Source of the DNA: a virus
Lineage: Duplodnaviria > Caudoviricetes
Length of the DNA stretch: 48,053 nt
Direction: 5' to 3' (one strand)
Virus record (IMG/VR): IMGVR_UViG_3300017766_002093
Span: 1 to 48,053 of that record
The notes beneath the pieces are model-generated. The model saw only the letters and a program-made list of their open reading frames with translations, was not told where the DNA came from and made no database searches. This document shows, one piece after another, positions 1 through 9,204 of the stretch (the first letter of the stretch is position 1; each line of letters starts with the position of its first letter). The position numbers and the translations under genes are program-made.

Positions 1-123
1 CCCATGCCCCGCGCTTGCAGGATGCACCAATAGCATTGGTATTTTCCCAGCGTTCCAATCCCGCACAGTATCATTAGCGTTTCGAGCCGACATCGCCGTT
101 GCTTTTGGGAACGCTTTTAACAA
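1..123. repeat. Terminal direct repeat, copy 1 (circular contig overlap)
   Basis: 1-123 is identical to 47931-48053, and the helicase reading frame continues across the junction. Confidence 0.97.
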
Positions 124-1167
124 TCGCTCGCGATCCGACTTAAAATGGAACGCCACGAGTAGCGGCTCACCATTGAACTCGTTAACTATATTCTCTAGCG
201 CCTGGATCTTAACATCATGCACCTCTCGCCATTCTTTACCGCCGATAGGCGCGTCATCGCTTTCGGTTAGCGGGTCTACATACACCGCGCCATTCGCTAT
301 TTGGAGTAGTTTTTGCGATTTCGACGCGCCATTAACGGCCTCGACCGGTCTGCCCGATAACTCCGTAAAGAATCGATCTTCCATTTCTTTGTAGTGCCCC
401 CGCGCCCGAATCGGTAGGTCTACAAACCGGTTAACCACAAAAGGTTCCTGTAGATCGAACCAATCCTCGGAGCGGATCGTCAGGCATACATCTGCGATCG
501 CATTGTGTATCAAATCCTGCGCTTGCGGTAACGCGTCATACCCGAAACCGTCGGGTCGTATACGAAAATACCTATCTCGATACGCCGTAAAACTACGGCC
601 TAACCTCTTCCCGCCGTCCAGAAACCATATCTGCCCCCATAGATCCAGTAGCCCGTTGGGAGATGGCGTGCCTGTTAGCTCGATGAAATTCCTAACATGC
701 GTGTGCGCTACCTTGGCTAGCGCCTGCGCGCGAGAACCACCCTGCCGCAGCCGGAAACTCTTTAGCCGGGTGCTTTCGTCCGCGATCACACGCCCGAACG
801 GCCACCGGTTTTTGTAGTGGTCGATCAGCCAAGGCAAAGCCTCGTAGTTCGTCGTGTAAACCGAGGCGTCGAACGCCAGCGCACGCAGCCGTTCTTTCGC
901 CGTACCTACTACCGGCATCACGGACAGCGCACTGAGATGACTCCACAGCCGCGCTTCGCTGGGCCAGGTCTCCTTGGCTACGAGTAGCGGAGCCAGCACC
1001 AACGTCGGGTGACTCTCCCCACACTGTTGCGCCTCGCTTATAGCGGTCAGTGTCGCTGCCGTTTTGCCGGTGCCCATACCCGCCCAGATCGCTGATCTGG
1101 GCCGGTCGTGCTGGTAATCAATGATTAGGCTCTGGTACTCTCTGGGCCTAAATTTTTTTCTATCCAT
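1..1167 (-). CDS. SNF2-family helicase, N-terminal part (continues at 47685-47930; ~470 aa in total)
   Basis: Not in the ORF track. Read by hand from ATG 1167: MDRKKFRPREYQ..AIWAGMGTGKT (motif I)..LVLAPLLVAKETW; in frame with ORF 47685..48053 through the repeat. Confidence 0.93.
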   Translation of the reverse strand, partial: MDRKKFRPREYQSLIIDYQHDRPRSAIWAGMGTGKTAATLTAISEAQQCGESHPTLVLAPLLVAKETWPSEARLWSHLSALSVMPVVGTAKERLRALAFDASVYTTNYEALPWLIDHYKNRWPFGRVIADESTRLKSFRLRQGGSRAQALAKVAHTHVRNFIELTGTPSPNGLLDLWGQIWFLDGGKRLGRSFTAYRDRYFRIRPDGFGYDALPQAQDLIHNAIADVCLTIRSEDWFDLQEPFVVNRFVDLPIRARGHYKEMEDRFFTELSGRPVEAVNGASKSQKLLQIANGAVYVDPLTESDDAPIGGKEWREVHDVKIQALENIVNEFNGEPLLVAFHFKSDRERLLKAFPKATAMSARNANDTVRDWNAGKIPMLLVHPASAGHG

Positions 1168-1418
1168 ATATTCACTTCTTCTATCGTTGATAAAACCGCG
1201 ACGTTAGCGCCGTGGTGCTCTAGCCGCCGGTGTTCTAGTGTTTGCGATATCCGCGTACTTCCGCCGGGGCGTTTCAGTTCCACGAAAAATACGAACCCTT
1301 TGTGAATCACCACCCGGTCGGGCGCGCCGTTCCGTCCGATCCAGCGCAATTTACGCACGAGCGCGCCTCTCTGCCGCGAGCTCTTGGTAAAATGCTTCTC
1401 TATTTCGGACTCTCTCAC
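1125..1418 (-). CDS. VRR-NUC domain nuclease
   Basis: ESEIE..GAPDR..FVELKRPGG..Q PD-(D/E)xK pattern; usual position between polymerase and SNF2 helicase. Confidence 0.9.
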   Translation of the reverse strand: MRESEIEKHFTKSSRQRGALVRKLRWIGRNGAPDRVVIHKGFVFFVELKRPGGSTRISQTLEHRRLEHHGANVAVLSTIEEVNIWIEKNLGPESTRA

Positions 1419-1513
1419 AGTCCAAAAATCCTAGCTAGTTCCAACCAGGCGAGGTGTACCACTATCGACCACGATATGAACGCGGTCAGTATTAACGCTA
1501 AATGATCTTTCAT
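1415..1513 (-). CDS. 32-aa hydrophobic (single-TM) peptide
   Basis: MKDHLALILTAFISWSIVVHLAWLELARIFGL; ATGA overlap with the polymerase stop and GTGA overlap with the VRR-NUC start. Confidence 0.65.
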   Translation of the reverse strand: MKDHLALILTAFISWSIVVHLAWLELARIFGL

Positions 1514-3582
1514 TTTCCATACCTCCGTGATGTAAAACCCGCTGCTGCTAGCGGTAGCCCGTCCGCCCAAGGCGAACTAGAGGTCATTATCGTTGACATT
1601 CGGGCTAGTGTCAAATCTTTTGCACCCTCTGCAACAATCTCGTCGTGTACGCGCAACACTACTTCGTAACCCTCCGCCTCCAGCGTTGGGAGGGCGTCAA
1701 ACAATATATCCCGGCTAGCTGCTTGGGTTATGTTTTCCAGCAATTTACCTCCGGACGTGGCTATGCGAGACCATTTACGAGTGTACTGGTGTACGCCCAT
1801 GTACGATAACGAGCCCTCCTGGTATTGTATACTTGGATAGCATAACGATCTGCCGGATGGTAATTTTATGCGTAACCACGAGCCCTCTCTGCGTAACAGC
1901 AGTCTACCTCGGAATGGTACTACCTCCATCGGTTCGTTAACGGCCTTTATCGCCGCGTTTTCGAGCTCTTTCCACGAAGAGGCCACGGCTGGATTACTCC
2001 GACGCCATAGGCGTTTTAACGCCTCGCAAGCTATCCAGGCCCTCTTTGTCAGCCCGTAATCGTTTAACCTCTTTGTTCGAGTTAGCCAGCCGTGGAAATC
2101 CTCAGCCTCGGTCACGACGTCTGGCGGTAACGTAGGTGTCACCTCCTCCGCCAGGGCCTCGATGTCGAACCCATAGCCTAGCGCCCCCACCACAAACGCA
2201 CCAACGCCGCCTTGGTATCCTAGCATTAGCTCGAAAACCTTACCGATCGACCGTTGAAACGAATCAACGTCAATATGCTCTACCCTGAACGCCTGCGCAT
2301 ACGCGAGCCTATATAAGTCGGGACCCTCTTTCCGGTCGAATGCCTTGAACGCTTCCAGTTTCCAATACTCGCCGACTAGCCAGGACACCATGCGACCCTC
2401 GATATTAGCCAGATCGCAAACGTATAGCAGTTTACCCTCGGGCGCGATTACTATGCTGCGCACGAGCGAGGTCGCGAGCAACATCGTGTTATCAAAAAAT
2501 TGTCTATGGAATCCGTGGGTCACGGCGTCGACGCCATAGGATATTTCCGGTTTGGATAACAACCCTCGACTAGGTAGATTCTGAGGCTGGAACATCCGGC
2601 CAGCATCTCTCCCCGTGCGTGACGCTCCACAAAACTGTATCGTCCCCCTCAGCCGTCCGTCGCTGCTGAGGCAGGAGCGCACTTTTTTGTATTTAGCGGT
2701 AGACGCCGACGACGCCTGCTGCCGTAGTAGCAGGAGTTCTCTTAGCGCGGGTTCTAAATCTGGTAGCGCTAACAGTTCGGTTACGGTAGATTTGGTCAGA
2801 TCATCTACCAGGATGCCGTGTTCCTGCAGTATGTAGTCTATCGTTTTATCTCGTTTCGTTGTTGTGTTTAATGCGCCTGCGGTTAGGTCACCGGTCTGCT
2901 GCCGTAGGAGCGCTTGCTCCTCTTTAATCATAGCCATAGCGGCATCGACCAGCGGCACGTCGATCAGTAGCCCTCGATCGTTTACCCTTCTATCGATCGC
3001 ATAGAACTCCTGCTCGCGCGTGTTGTTTGGGTAGTTCCACTTCGGCATTTTATTATGTGCGTTGCGCATGGCCTCTACGTCCTGCGTCGCGTACGCCATA
3101 AAACGCGACCATTCCTCCGGATGTGTGTCGCGAGTAGCGCGTCGTGCCTTGCAATTTTTCGGGCGAGGCTGGCAGAATAAGCGCACAAGCGCTCGCCCGT
3201 CCTTATCCTTAGCTTTATCCGTCGGCAGTCTTAGCGCCTGGCATAGCGCGCCCAATCCGGCGGGGAGTGAGTGCTCTAATGCTTGAATCATTGTGTCCCG
3301 CCAATGGTTATCGAGGGGTGCTAGTTCCGGGTGTCGACGGAGTATTACATTCCTATCGAACATATTGTTATGTGCCCATACATACGAAGCGTTGTGGATA
3401 CCCGCGGTTAATTCTTCAGGTAGTTTCTCACCGTTTACGAGATCAACGCACCTAGCGGGTTCGTCATCTATCGCGTACGCAAAGAGCAGAATTTCACACG
3501 CTTCAGCGTAGAGATAGGTGCCTGCGGAGATAGGCACCTCGCTATATGTTTCTAGGTCTAGCCATAGGTTCGTTGGTTTCAT
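1510..3582 (-). CDS. DNA polymerase family A (APSE/BPP-1 type) with 3'-5' exonuclease
   Basis: DLETYS exo I, HNNMFDR exo II, RTGR..QPQNLP, motif A DLANIEGR, motif B RSIGKVFELMLGYQGG, motif C VHDEIV. Confidence 0.97.
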   Translation of the reverse strand: MKPTNLWLDLETYSEVPISAGTYLYAEACEILLFAYAIDDEPARCVDLVNGEKLPEELTAGIHNASYVWAHNNMFDRNVILRRHPELAPLDNHWRDTMIQALEHSLPAGLGALCQALRLPTDKAKDKDGRALVRLFCQPRPKNCKARRATRDTHPEEWSRFMAYATQDVEAMRNAHNKMPKWNYPNNTREQEFYAIDRRVNDRGLLIDVPLVDAAMAMIKEEQALLRQQTGDLTAGALNTTTKRDKTIDYILQEHGILVDDLTKSTVTELLALPDLEPALRELLLLRQQASSASTAKYKKVRSCLSSDGRLRGTIQFCGASRTGRDAGRMFQPQNLPSRGLLSKPEISYGVDAVTHGFHRQFFDNTMLLATSLVRSIVIAPEGKLLYVCDLANIEGRMVSWLVGEYWKLEAFKAFDRKEGPDLYRLAYAQAFRVEHIDVDSFQRSIGKVFELMLGYQGGVGAFVVGALGYGFDIEALAEEVTPTLPPDVVTEAEDFHGWLTRTKRLNDYGLTKRAWIACEALKRLWRRSNPAVASSWKELENAAIKAVNEPMEVVPFRGRLLLRREGSWLRIKLPSGRSLCYPSIQYQEGSLSYMGVHQYTRKWSRIATSGGKLLENITQAASRDILFDALPTLEAEGYEVVLRVHDEIVAEGAKDLTLARMSTIMTSSSPWADGLPLAAAGFTSRRYGK

Positions 3583-3586
3583 GTTC

Positions 3587-3724
3587 TTACAAGGCTTGTT
3601 CTTTTAGTATTTCCGGTAACTCCAGATCCCAAATCTCTCGGTTTTCGCTATAGAGCATGAGCATTGCCGTTGCGATTAGTACAGATATATACAATATCGT
3701 TGTGAATATAATAAGACAGCACAT
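3587..3724 (-). CDS. Small membrane protein (45 aa)
   Basis: AGGAGA RBS upstream of ATG 3724; N-terminal hydrophobic helix. Confidence 0.6.
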   Translation of the reverse strand: MCCLIIFTTILYISVLIATAMLMLYSENREIWDLELPEILKEQAL

Positions 3725-3744
3725 AATATTTCTCCTGTTGTTGT

Positions 3745-3985
3745 AAAAATGCCCGTCTCTCCGGGCTGTCACCGCGTAGGCGGTTCTCTGTACGTTTTGA
3801 GTCGATGCCGTTTTAAAGTGAGGCTACCCTTTTAATGCGCATATCGTTAATAGTTATTACTCGGGTCGTCCGATAATTGCACAGCGTACTGTCCAAGCGG
3901 CAGAGTGTCGCCGCTGGGTCCGTTTAGTCCGGAGGTTTCCCCCTGGGGAACGTGGTGCCCATACGTAGAAATCCTCACTCCCATC
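3745..3985 (-). ncRNA. Candidate structured intergenic RNA ending in a terminator-like hairpin
   Basis: Long-range AGTGAGG/CCTCACT pairing, several internal hairpins, and GCCCG-GAGAGA-CGGGC followed by ATTTTT. Confidence 0.45.
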
Positions 3986-3997
3986 TATGATGTTAGT

Positions 3998-4561
3998 TTA
4001 TGCGAACCCAAAATCGTCTGCAGCGTCGTCGACCGTCAGGTCCTCAAAATCTTCGTCAGAGGCTAGGCTACCACCGAACGGCTCACCATCACTTATGAAC
4101 TGTACGCCTAACAGAGTACAACGTAAACCTGGTGTGCTGCCATCCTGAGCCCAGGTCTCAACTGTGGCGTTGACGTAGCAGCCGCCGTACGGTTTCCCGC
4201 TGCTTTCCGTGAGCACGTCACCCCTGCCTCCGCGTCCAACTACGGCGGGGGGTCCTTTGCTTTCACTCCTTTTTGCCGCGAGTATCCACGCACCCTCGTA
4301 CTCCTCGCGATCCATTAGATCGCCATTGCGATAGCAGAATTGGGTTTTACTACCCTCGTACGCTTTGAGCTTGTTTGGGGCCTTAGCGCCCCATTTTTCT
4401 TTAGCAGCCTCCTCTATAGCTGCCCGTATGTTTTTATCGTTCTCGGAACCCGGTGCGATAATGAACGCCGCCCGATAGGCAGGTTTCGAGCCCTCTTCGT
4501 ACGCCGAAGCGTGGAACAAGGAAGGAAAACTCAGTCTTACATTCTTTAAAAATACTTTCAT
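3998..4561 (-). CDS. ssDNA-binding protein (DUF2815 / T7 gp2.5-like)
   Basis: NVRLSFPSLF, YGGCYVNA, LLGVQFISDGEPFGG, acidic tail ending DDFGFA. Confidence 0.92.
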   Translation of the reverse strand: MKVFLKNVRLSFPSLFHASAYEEGSKPAYRAAFIIAPGSENDKNIRAAIEEAAKEKWGAKAPNKLKAYEGSKTQFCYRNGDLMDREEYEGAWILAAKRSESKGPPAVVGRGGRGDVLTESSGKPYGGCYVNATVETWAQDGSTPGLRCTLLGVQFISDGEPFGGSLASDEDFEDLTVDDAADDFGFA

Positions 4562-5805
4562 GATTTTAACTCCTCAAAGTCATTTTCTAAATCGTCTAAA
4601 ATTAACGCCGGTCTTTTATCCGAGACTGGCGCAACGGTGGGTTTGCCGGGGGTTCTTGTCACTAGAGCCTGCAGCTTCTCCCAAACATCTTTGGGCACTG
4701 TTTTCTGCGCTACAGTGGGAGATACCACGATTTTTGTGTATACGCTGTCCGTCGACACCCCCGCTATCAGCATGGTCTTAGCCGCGTCTTCCGGATCACC
4801 CCACGCCCTGTTGCCTTGTTTACCCTCGACCAGCTTATGTCCTGGTACCTCCTGCCCAGAAATTAGCAGATCACGTACGCGGGTCTCCACGGCACGAACC
4901 CACGCCTCTATCAACGGCAACTTTTCATAATACTCTGCTAGCTCCGCCGGGGTTATCCCAACATACGTTAACGGCTCGAAACCGCCTATGCCCGTAACGT
5001 ACGCAGCCAGTGCCTTACAATTCGCCTGTGCGCTGCAGAAACTATTACTACAATGCGCGCCGGGCTTGGCGTATGCGCTCAGTTGCGCAAGCCCCGTTTC
5101 CATATCAACCACAGCCTGCGCCGCCGCAGTGGCCTGTTCTACGAGGGCATCGAGCTCCTCATAAGAACACTCGTATTCCGGATAGTGATCTAACCGGGGT
5201 TGGTGTATCACTATCCGCACCCGTGGTTTCGCGGGGAAATACTGCTCAAATTCCCGCAGGGCTCCGAGGGCGTAAAACATCAACTGTTTATTGCTCTCGG
5301 CCTCCACGCGCTTTCCCCGGCCGTACTTCAGGTCGTGAACTTGGAGCTCGGTGTCGGTTAGAATAACCACGTCACCAGTCCCCTCGGCACCCTCCTCGCC
5401 GGTTATGTGGTCTATAGCTAGTTTTCTTTCGCTGAACAGAATACCAGTTTCTCCCTGGTATTGTTTCACACGGGTGATAAACGCCCCGATATTGCTCACC
5501 ATCTCGTCATCCACTAGGAAAGCCGATCGCACCTTCTCGTCGCCACTAGCTACCGCTAGAGGCTCATCGCTCCAGGTACAGATCTCGTCCCCACTGTAAT
5601 ACTCGCGTATCTGAATCGTTTTACCCAGGTACGACGCTGGCGTCGCATGATTTTGCAAGCACTCGCTGGCCAGAAAATGCGCCGCCGTACCCTCATCTGC
5701 GAACGCGGACGATCTTTCTGGTGGGGTGATTGACTCTAGTAGCACCGACGCCGGGCACGAGATCCATTTTTCGGCCCCGCTAGGGGACAGTTTAGCGTGC
5801 CCCAT
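4558..5805 (-). CDS. DUF2800 Cas4-like PD-(D/E)xK exonuclease
   Basis: HAKLSPSGAEKWISCP, EGTAAH, GTGD..DLKYGRG, QLMFYALG, C..FC..C cluster; start placed at ATG 5805. Confidence 0.9.
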   Translation of the reverse strand: MGHAKLSPSGAEKWISCPASVLLESITPPERSSAFADEGTAAHFLASECLQNHATPASYLGKTIQIREYYSGDEICTWSDEPLAVASGDEKVRSAFLVDDEMVSNIGAFITRVKQYQGETGILFSERKLAIDHITGEEGAEGTGDVVILTDTELQVHDLKYGRGKRVEAESNKQLMFYALGALREFEQYFPAKPRVRIVIHQPRLDHYPEYECSYEELDALVEQATAAAQAVVDMETGLAQLSAYAKPGAHCSNSFCSAQANCKALAAYVTGIGGFEPLTYVGITPAELAEYYEKLPLIEAWVRAVETRVRDLLISGQEVPGHKLVEGKQGNRAWGDPEDAAKTMLIAGVSTDSVYTKIVVSPTVAQKTVPKDVWEKLQALVTRTPGKPTVAPVSDKRPALILDDLENDFEELKS

Positions 5806-6232
5806 ACTTATCCGCCTCCTCCCGGATGTCGTCCACGAGTGCCTGATACCTCTCAATCGGGAGACTCTCCCTGGTTATCACCGCACTGCCGCAGTGTTTT
5901 CGCAGTAAAGCGCCGCCTATATCGCGACTTTTGTCCAGTCCTACCCGGTCTCGGATTTTTCCAAGTGCCTCGAAGAAAATTTCCTTAACCTCCACGAAAG
6001 ACATGCTCGGTGCAGCCGAGGGCGCGGTAGCGCTTTCTTCTGTTACCGATTCGGACACGGAGGGCGCTTCGGACTCGGCGACATTCGGCGTCGGGTCCTC
6101 GGCTTGGGGTTTCTTTTTTCGCTTTACCGGCTCGGGTTCCCCCACTGCCGCCGCCGGTTGTTGGGCGGAAACCTTCTGCGCTATCAACTCCAGCGCATCG
6201 GCGATGCGCTCTATATTCCTTTCTATACTCAT
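5792..6232 (-). CDS. Hypothetical replication-module protein
   Basis: MSIERNIERIADALE N-terminal helix, Ala/Pro/Glu linker and helical C-terminal domain; typical upstream neighbour of DUF2800. Confidence 0.75.
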   Translation of the reverse strand: MSIERNIERIADALELIAQKVSAQQPAAAVGEPEPVKRKKKPQAEDPTPNVAESEAPSVSESVTEESATAPSAAPSMSFVEVKEIFFEALGKIRDRVGLDKSRDIGGALLRKHCGSAVITRESLPIERYQALVDDIREEADKYGAR

Positions 6233-6534
6233 GCTAATCCTCCTGTTGCATCATCGTCGGTATGGCAGAAGCAAGCCAATTTACGGGCGAGCGCTTCTTC
6301 CAGGGTTGTTGGTAGTTGCAGCGCTTCGACGCGCTGCACGAGTTCTGGTATCGACAGCTTAGCTAGCTCTGATACCTGTTGCTCTCGCACCGCCTTTCGC
6401 TCAGCGATAGCGCTATCTATCGCCGCATTGTTGGTGCTCGGGGGTGCCTCGGTGGCTAACGCTTTCGCTATAGCCTCTGGCGCGTTCTGTGCAGCTAACT
6501 CATTTAGCTGCGTCAGGGTTTTTAATCCGTGCAT
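6229..6534 (-). CDS. Hypothetical protein
   Basis: AAGGAG RBS; overlaps its neighbours in an operon-like way. Confidence 0.7.
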   Translation of the reverse strand: MHGLKTLTQLNELAAQNAPEAIAKALATEAPPSTNNAAIDSAIAERKAVREQQVSELAKLSIPELVQRVEALQLPTTLEEALARKLACFCHTDDDATGGLA

Positions 6535-6794
6535 TTTCTTACTCCTTTATATAGTACGTCATAGTTCAAACTTCTTTTATCCCCGAATTCCTGCAGGCGT
6601 TCTCTAACGTCGAGCGGATCGATAGTATACCCTCCGCCGTTTCGGGCTTTATGCAGGCATAGCCCGAGTTCGATTCGAAGCTCCGCCGGGGTTAGATCCC
6701 CTAGCCTCGTCGCGAATCTGTGATGCGGATTCCACACCTTGTCATCGAACCGGGTTCTCTGTGCCCGGTGTATCTCAAAACCGAATATTCTCAT
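6522..6794 (-). CDS. Hypothetical protein
   Basis: AGGAGAG RBS; first gene after the leftward promoter at 6862-6890. Confidence 0.7.
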   Translation of the reverse strand: MRIFGFEIHRAQRTRFDDKVWNPHHRFATRLGDLTPAELRIELGLCLHKARNGGGYTIDPLDVRERLQEFGDKRSLNYDVLYKGVRKCTD

Positions 6795-6861
6795 CTTTCT
6801 CTCCTGGTAATTTAGAGCCTAGCCTGCGCTCACGAATTATGGCTACGACTCACAGGAGTGC

Positions 6862-6890
6862 AATATACTCCAATTAAATTTTAATTGCAA
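6862..6890 (-). promoter_or_regulatory. Leftward sigma70-like promoter with conserved spacer
   Basis: TTGCAA-17 bp (TTAAAATTTAATTGGAG)-TATATT; same -35 and spacer core as 12741-12769 and 12790-12818. Confidence 0.75.
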
Positions 6891-6899
6891 CTGATTATT

Positions 6900-6927
6900 T
6901 TGCTGCATCGACTGCAATATTTATGAT
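6900..6927 (+). promoter_or_regulatory. Possible rightward promoter for the HTH/primase genes
   Basis: TTGCTG-16 bp-TATGAT upstream of the AAGGAGG RBS of 6963. Confidence 0.4.
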
Positions 6928-6962
6928 AGTCTATAAAAACAACACACCGAAGGAGGTAAACA

Positions 6963-7262
6963 ATGAACGATTACAGAATGCGCGACGTACGCTGGCACCG
7001 CGAGGATACGGTTTCATCACCGCTGGCCGAGTGGTTACGCATTGCGCCGCCATACCTGCGGGATGAGCTCGCACATAGAGCCGGCACATCGTCGCAATAC
7101 CTGGCTAACCTGGCTCGCGCACACAGGGAGAACCCAAAGGTGCGATTGGCGCTGGCTATAGTGCTGTCCGCTAACGCGATACGGCGAGAGGTTAAGGACG
7201 AAATGATACTGCCGGTAATAACACTGGCTAGTATAGCCAAAACTACCCGCAGGGGGAGATAA
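6963..7262 (+). CDS. Cro/YdaS-like HTH regulator
   Basis: RDELAHRAGTSSQYLANLA HTH pattern; strong RBS; divergent position upstream of the primase. Confidence 0.75.
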   Translation: MNDYRMRDVRWHREDTVSSPLAEWLRIAPPYLRDELAHRAGTSSQYLANLARAHRENPKVRLALAIVLSANAIRREVKDEMILPVITLASIAKTTRRGR

Positions 7263-7264
7263 AT

Positions 7265-9187
7265 ATGAATTGGGGTGCATCACAGGAGGATTGGTTTACG
7301 TTTGTATACCAATTGAATCTCGGGGAGGATCTGCTGCCTGTCGTAAGCAATCCGGAGGCTAAACTCTCTCCGGTTACCGCGCTGAAAACCTTAGGCAAAA
7401 CGCCTAGTGTTTTCGATCGCTCGGGTCGTGTTACCGGGGTTGCGCAGTGGACGCAACACTACGCTACTACGGCAGAACTGGAACGATGGATGGCGGAGCC
7501 GGATTATGGGCTGTGTTTGATCGGCAGAAACGTGATCGGCATAGACTGCGATTTGACGGATTACGCATTCGCAACACGTGTTAACGCATTTATAGATAAT
7601 TTTTTAGGATTGCAATTACCCGTCAGATTCCGGCGGGGTTCGCCCAAATTCCTGCTAGCCGTACGTGTCGGACAGCACATAAACAAACGCGTAATCCACA
7701 CGGAGCACGGGATAATCGAGATCCTGGGAGCCAAACAGCAATTCATCGTCGCAGGTGCCCACATCGAACGGGATGGTGTGAGCCGTTCGCGGTACGAATG
7801 GCGCGATTTAGACTCGGGTATACCTACGATAACACTAGCTCGATTGCAGGAACTAATCGACGCGCTGCAAAATCAATACGGGGTCGCGACAACAAACGAT
7901 CGGCAACTAGCGATTGCGGATCGGGCACTCACACCGGTTGCGCAGGCACTATACGATAAGGGTCTTGTGTTATCTGTCGCGTCGGACGGCCTGACGTTGA
8001 ATGTCGAATGCCCGTTCTCGGAGCTACACACCACAGAGTCGAGCGAGACTACTACACAGTACCGTCCTGCACATACCGGTGGTTATGACCGCGAGGCGAT
8101 AATATGCAAACACGGGCACTGCGAGAACCGCTCAATTGAGCTATACGAGCGCGCACTAGGCATAGATCCTAGTAACGATTTCGAGGCCATTCCAGACGAC
8201 GAGCTAACGGAGGAGGTTTCTCACGAATCGTCGACGGGATTCGTTATCCAGTCAGCGGCGTCTTTCGCAGATTCCGACATCGAACTAGAGTTTTTTATCG
8301 ACGGGCTTCTGCCCAGGGCGACCATCGGGCTGCTGTACGGCGGCGCAGGAGAGGGTAAAACGTTTATCACCTACGACATGGTTGCTAGTATTGCCTCTGG
8401 TCTCGACCAGTGGTGTGGTCGAAAAATAAAATCCGGCTGCGTGTTGTATGTATGCGCCGAAGGGCAGGTTGGTTTTCGACGCAGGATACGCTCCTGGGCG
8501 CAGGATCGTGGGGTACCGCTAGACAACATACAACTGCATGTTTTACCGGCTGCTCCGGATCTAATGCACAAAGGGCAGGTAAGGGCGCTCATCGCTGAGA
8601 TAGCGCGTTACCCGGTGTCGTTTGACCTCATCGTAATCGACACGTACGCGGCCTGTATGTCGGGGGATGAGAACGCGGCCAAGGACGCCGCTGCTGTAGT
8701 AGCTAGTTGTAAGGCGCTGAATCGCCACGCCGGTGCGATGATTCTGCTCGTACATCACTCCGGCAAAAACACAACGACGGCGAGAGGTTCTAGCGCGTTA
8801 AGAGGCGCGGTAGATTTCGAGGCGTTTGTATCCAGACAGAAAGAGGATCGCTCTATCCGATGTTTGAAACTAACGAAGTTGAAAGACGGCGGAGATGATT
8901 CTGACGTAGAGATCGCATTCAGGTTGCAACAGGTTGAGCTCGCGCCAGGGATAACATCGTGCGTGTGTAGCTATGACGTGGCCGTGCCTAGTACCGATAA
9001 AAAATCAGCATATCCAGCAGAATATGAGGCGTTTATTGCTAACTACTATCTACATGCTGGGGTGTGGCCGGATGTTAACACCGTGCAGAGCTCGGTCCCA
9101 GGACACAAGCCCTCGGTGTTCGATGCGGCGGTCAAATCTGGATTGATTAGGGTAGAGGGCGGCTATGTGTTGTGTGAATTGGTATAG
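7265..9187 (+). CDS. Primase-polymerase (Prim-Pol) fused to an AAA_25/RepA-like helicase
   Basis: IGIDCD primase motif, CPF..H..C.H..C zinc motif, Walker A GGAGEGKT, IVIDT Walker B, LVHHSGK..RGSSAL. Confidence 0.92.
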   Translation: MNWGASQEDWFTFVYQLNLGEDLLPVVSNPEAKLSPVTALKTLGKTPSVFDRSGRVTGVAQWTQHYATTAELERWMAEPDYGLCLIGRNVIGIDCDLTDYAFATRVNAFIDNFLGLQLPVRFRRGSPKFLLAVRVGQHINKRVIHTEHGIIEILGAKQQFIVAGAHIERDGVSRSRYEWRDLDSGIPTITLARLQELIDALQNQYGVATTNDRQLAIADRALTPVAQALYDKGLVLSVASDGLTLNVECPFSELHTTESSETTTQYRPAHTGGYDREAIICKHGHCENRSIELYERALGIDPSNDFEAIPDDELTEEVSHESSTGFVIQSAASFADSDIELEFFIDGLLPRATIGLLYGGAGEGKTFITYDMVASIASGLDQWCGRKIKSGCVLYVCAEGQVGFRRRIRSWAQDRGVPLDNIQLHVLPAAPDLMHKGQVRALIAEIARYPVSFDLIVIDTYAACMSGDENAAKDAAAVVASCKALNRHAGAMILLVHHSGKNTTTARGSSALRGAVDFEAFVSRQKEDRSIRCLKLTKLKDGGDDSDVEIAFRLQQVELAPGITSCVCSYDVAVPSTDKKSAYPAEYEAFIANYYLHAGVWPDVNTVQSSVPGHKPSVFDAAVKSGLIRVEGGYVLCELV

Positions 9188-9204
9188 CCGCCATTGGAGA
9201 GGGG

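Noticed and set aside
692-1024. 110-aa minus-strand ORF
   Set aside because: Alternative frame inside the SNF2 helicase, which the track missed because it runs off the window edge
4558-5805. Cas4 as part of a CRISPR system
   Set aside because: It is a DUF2800 nuclease, a standard member of this replication module
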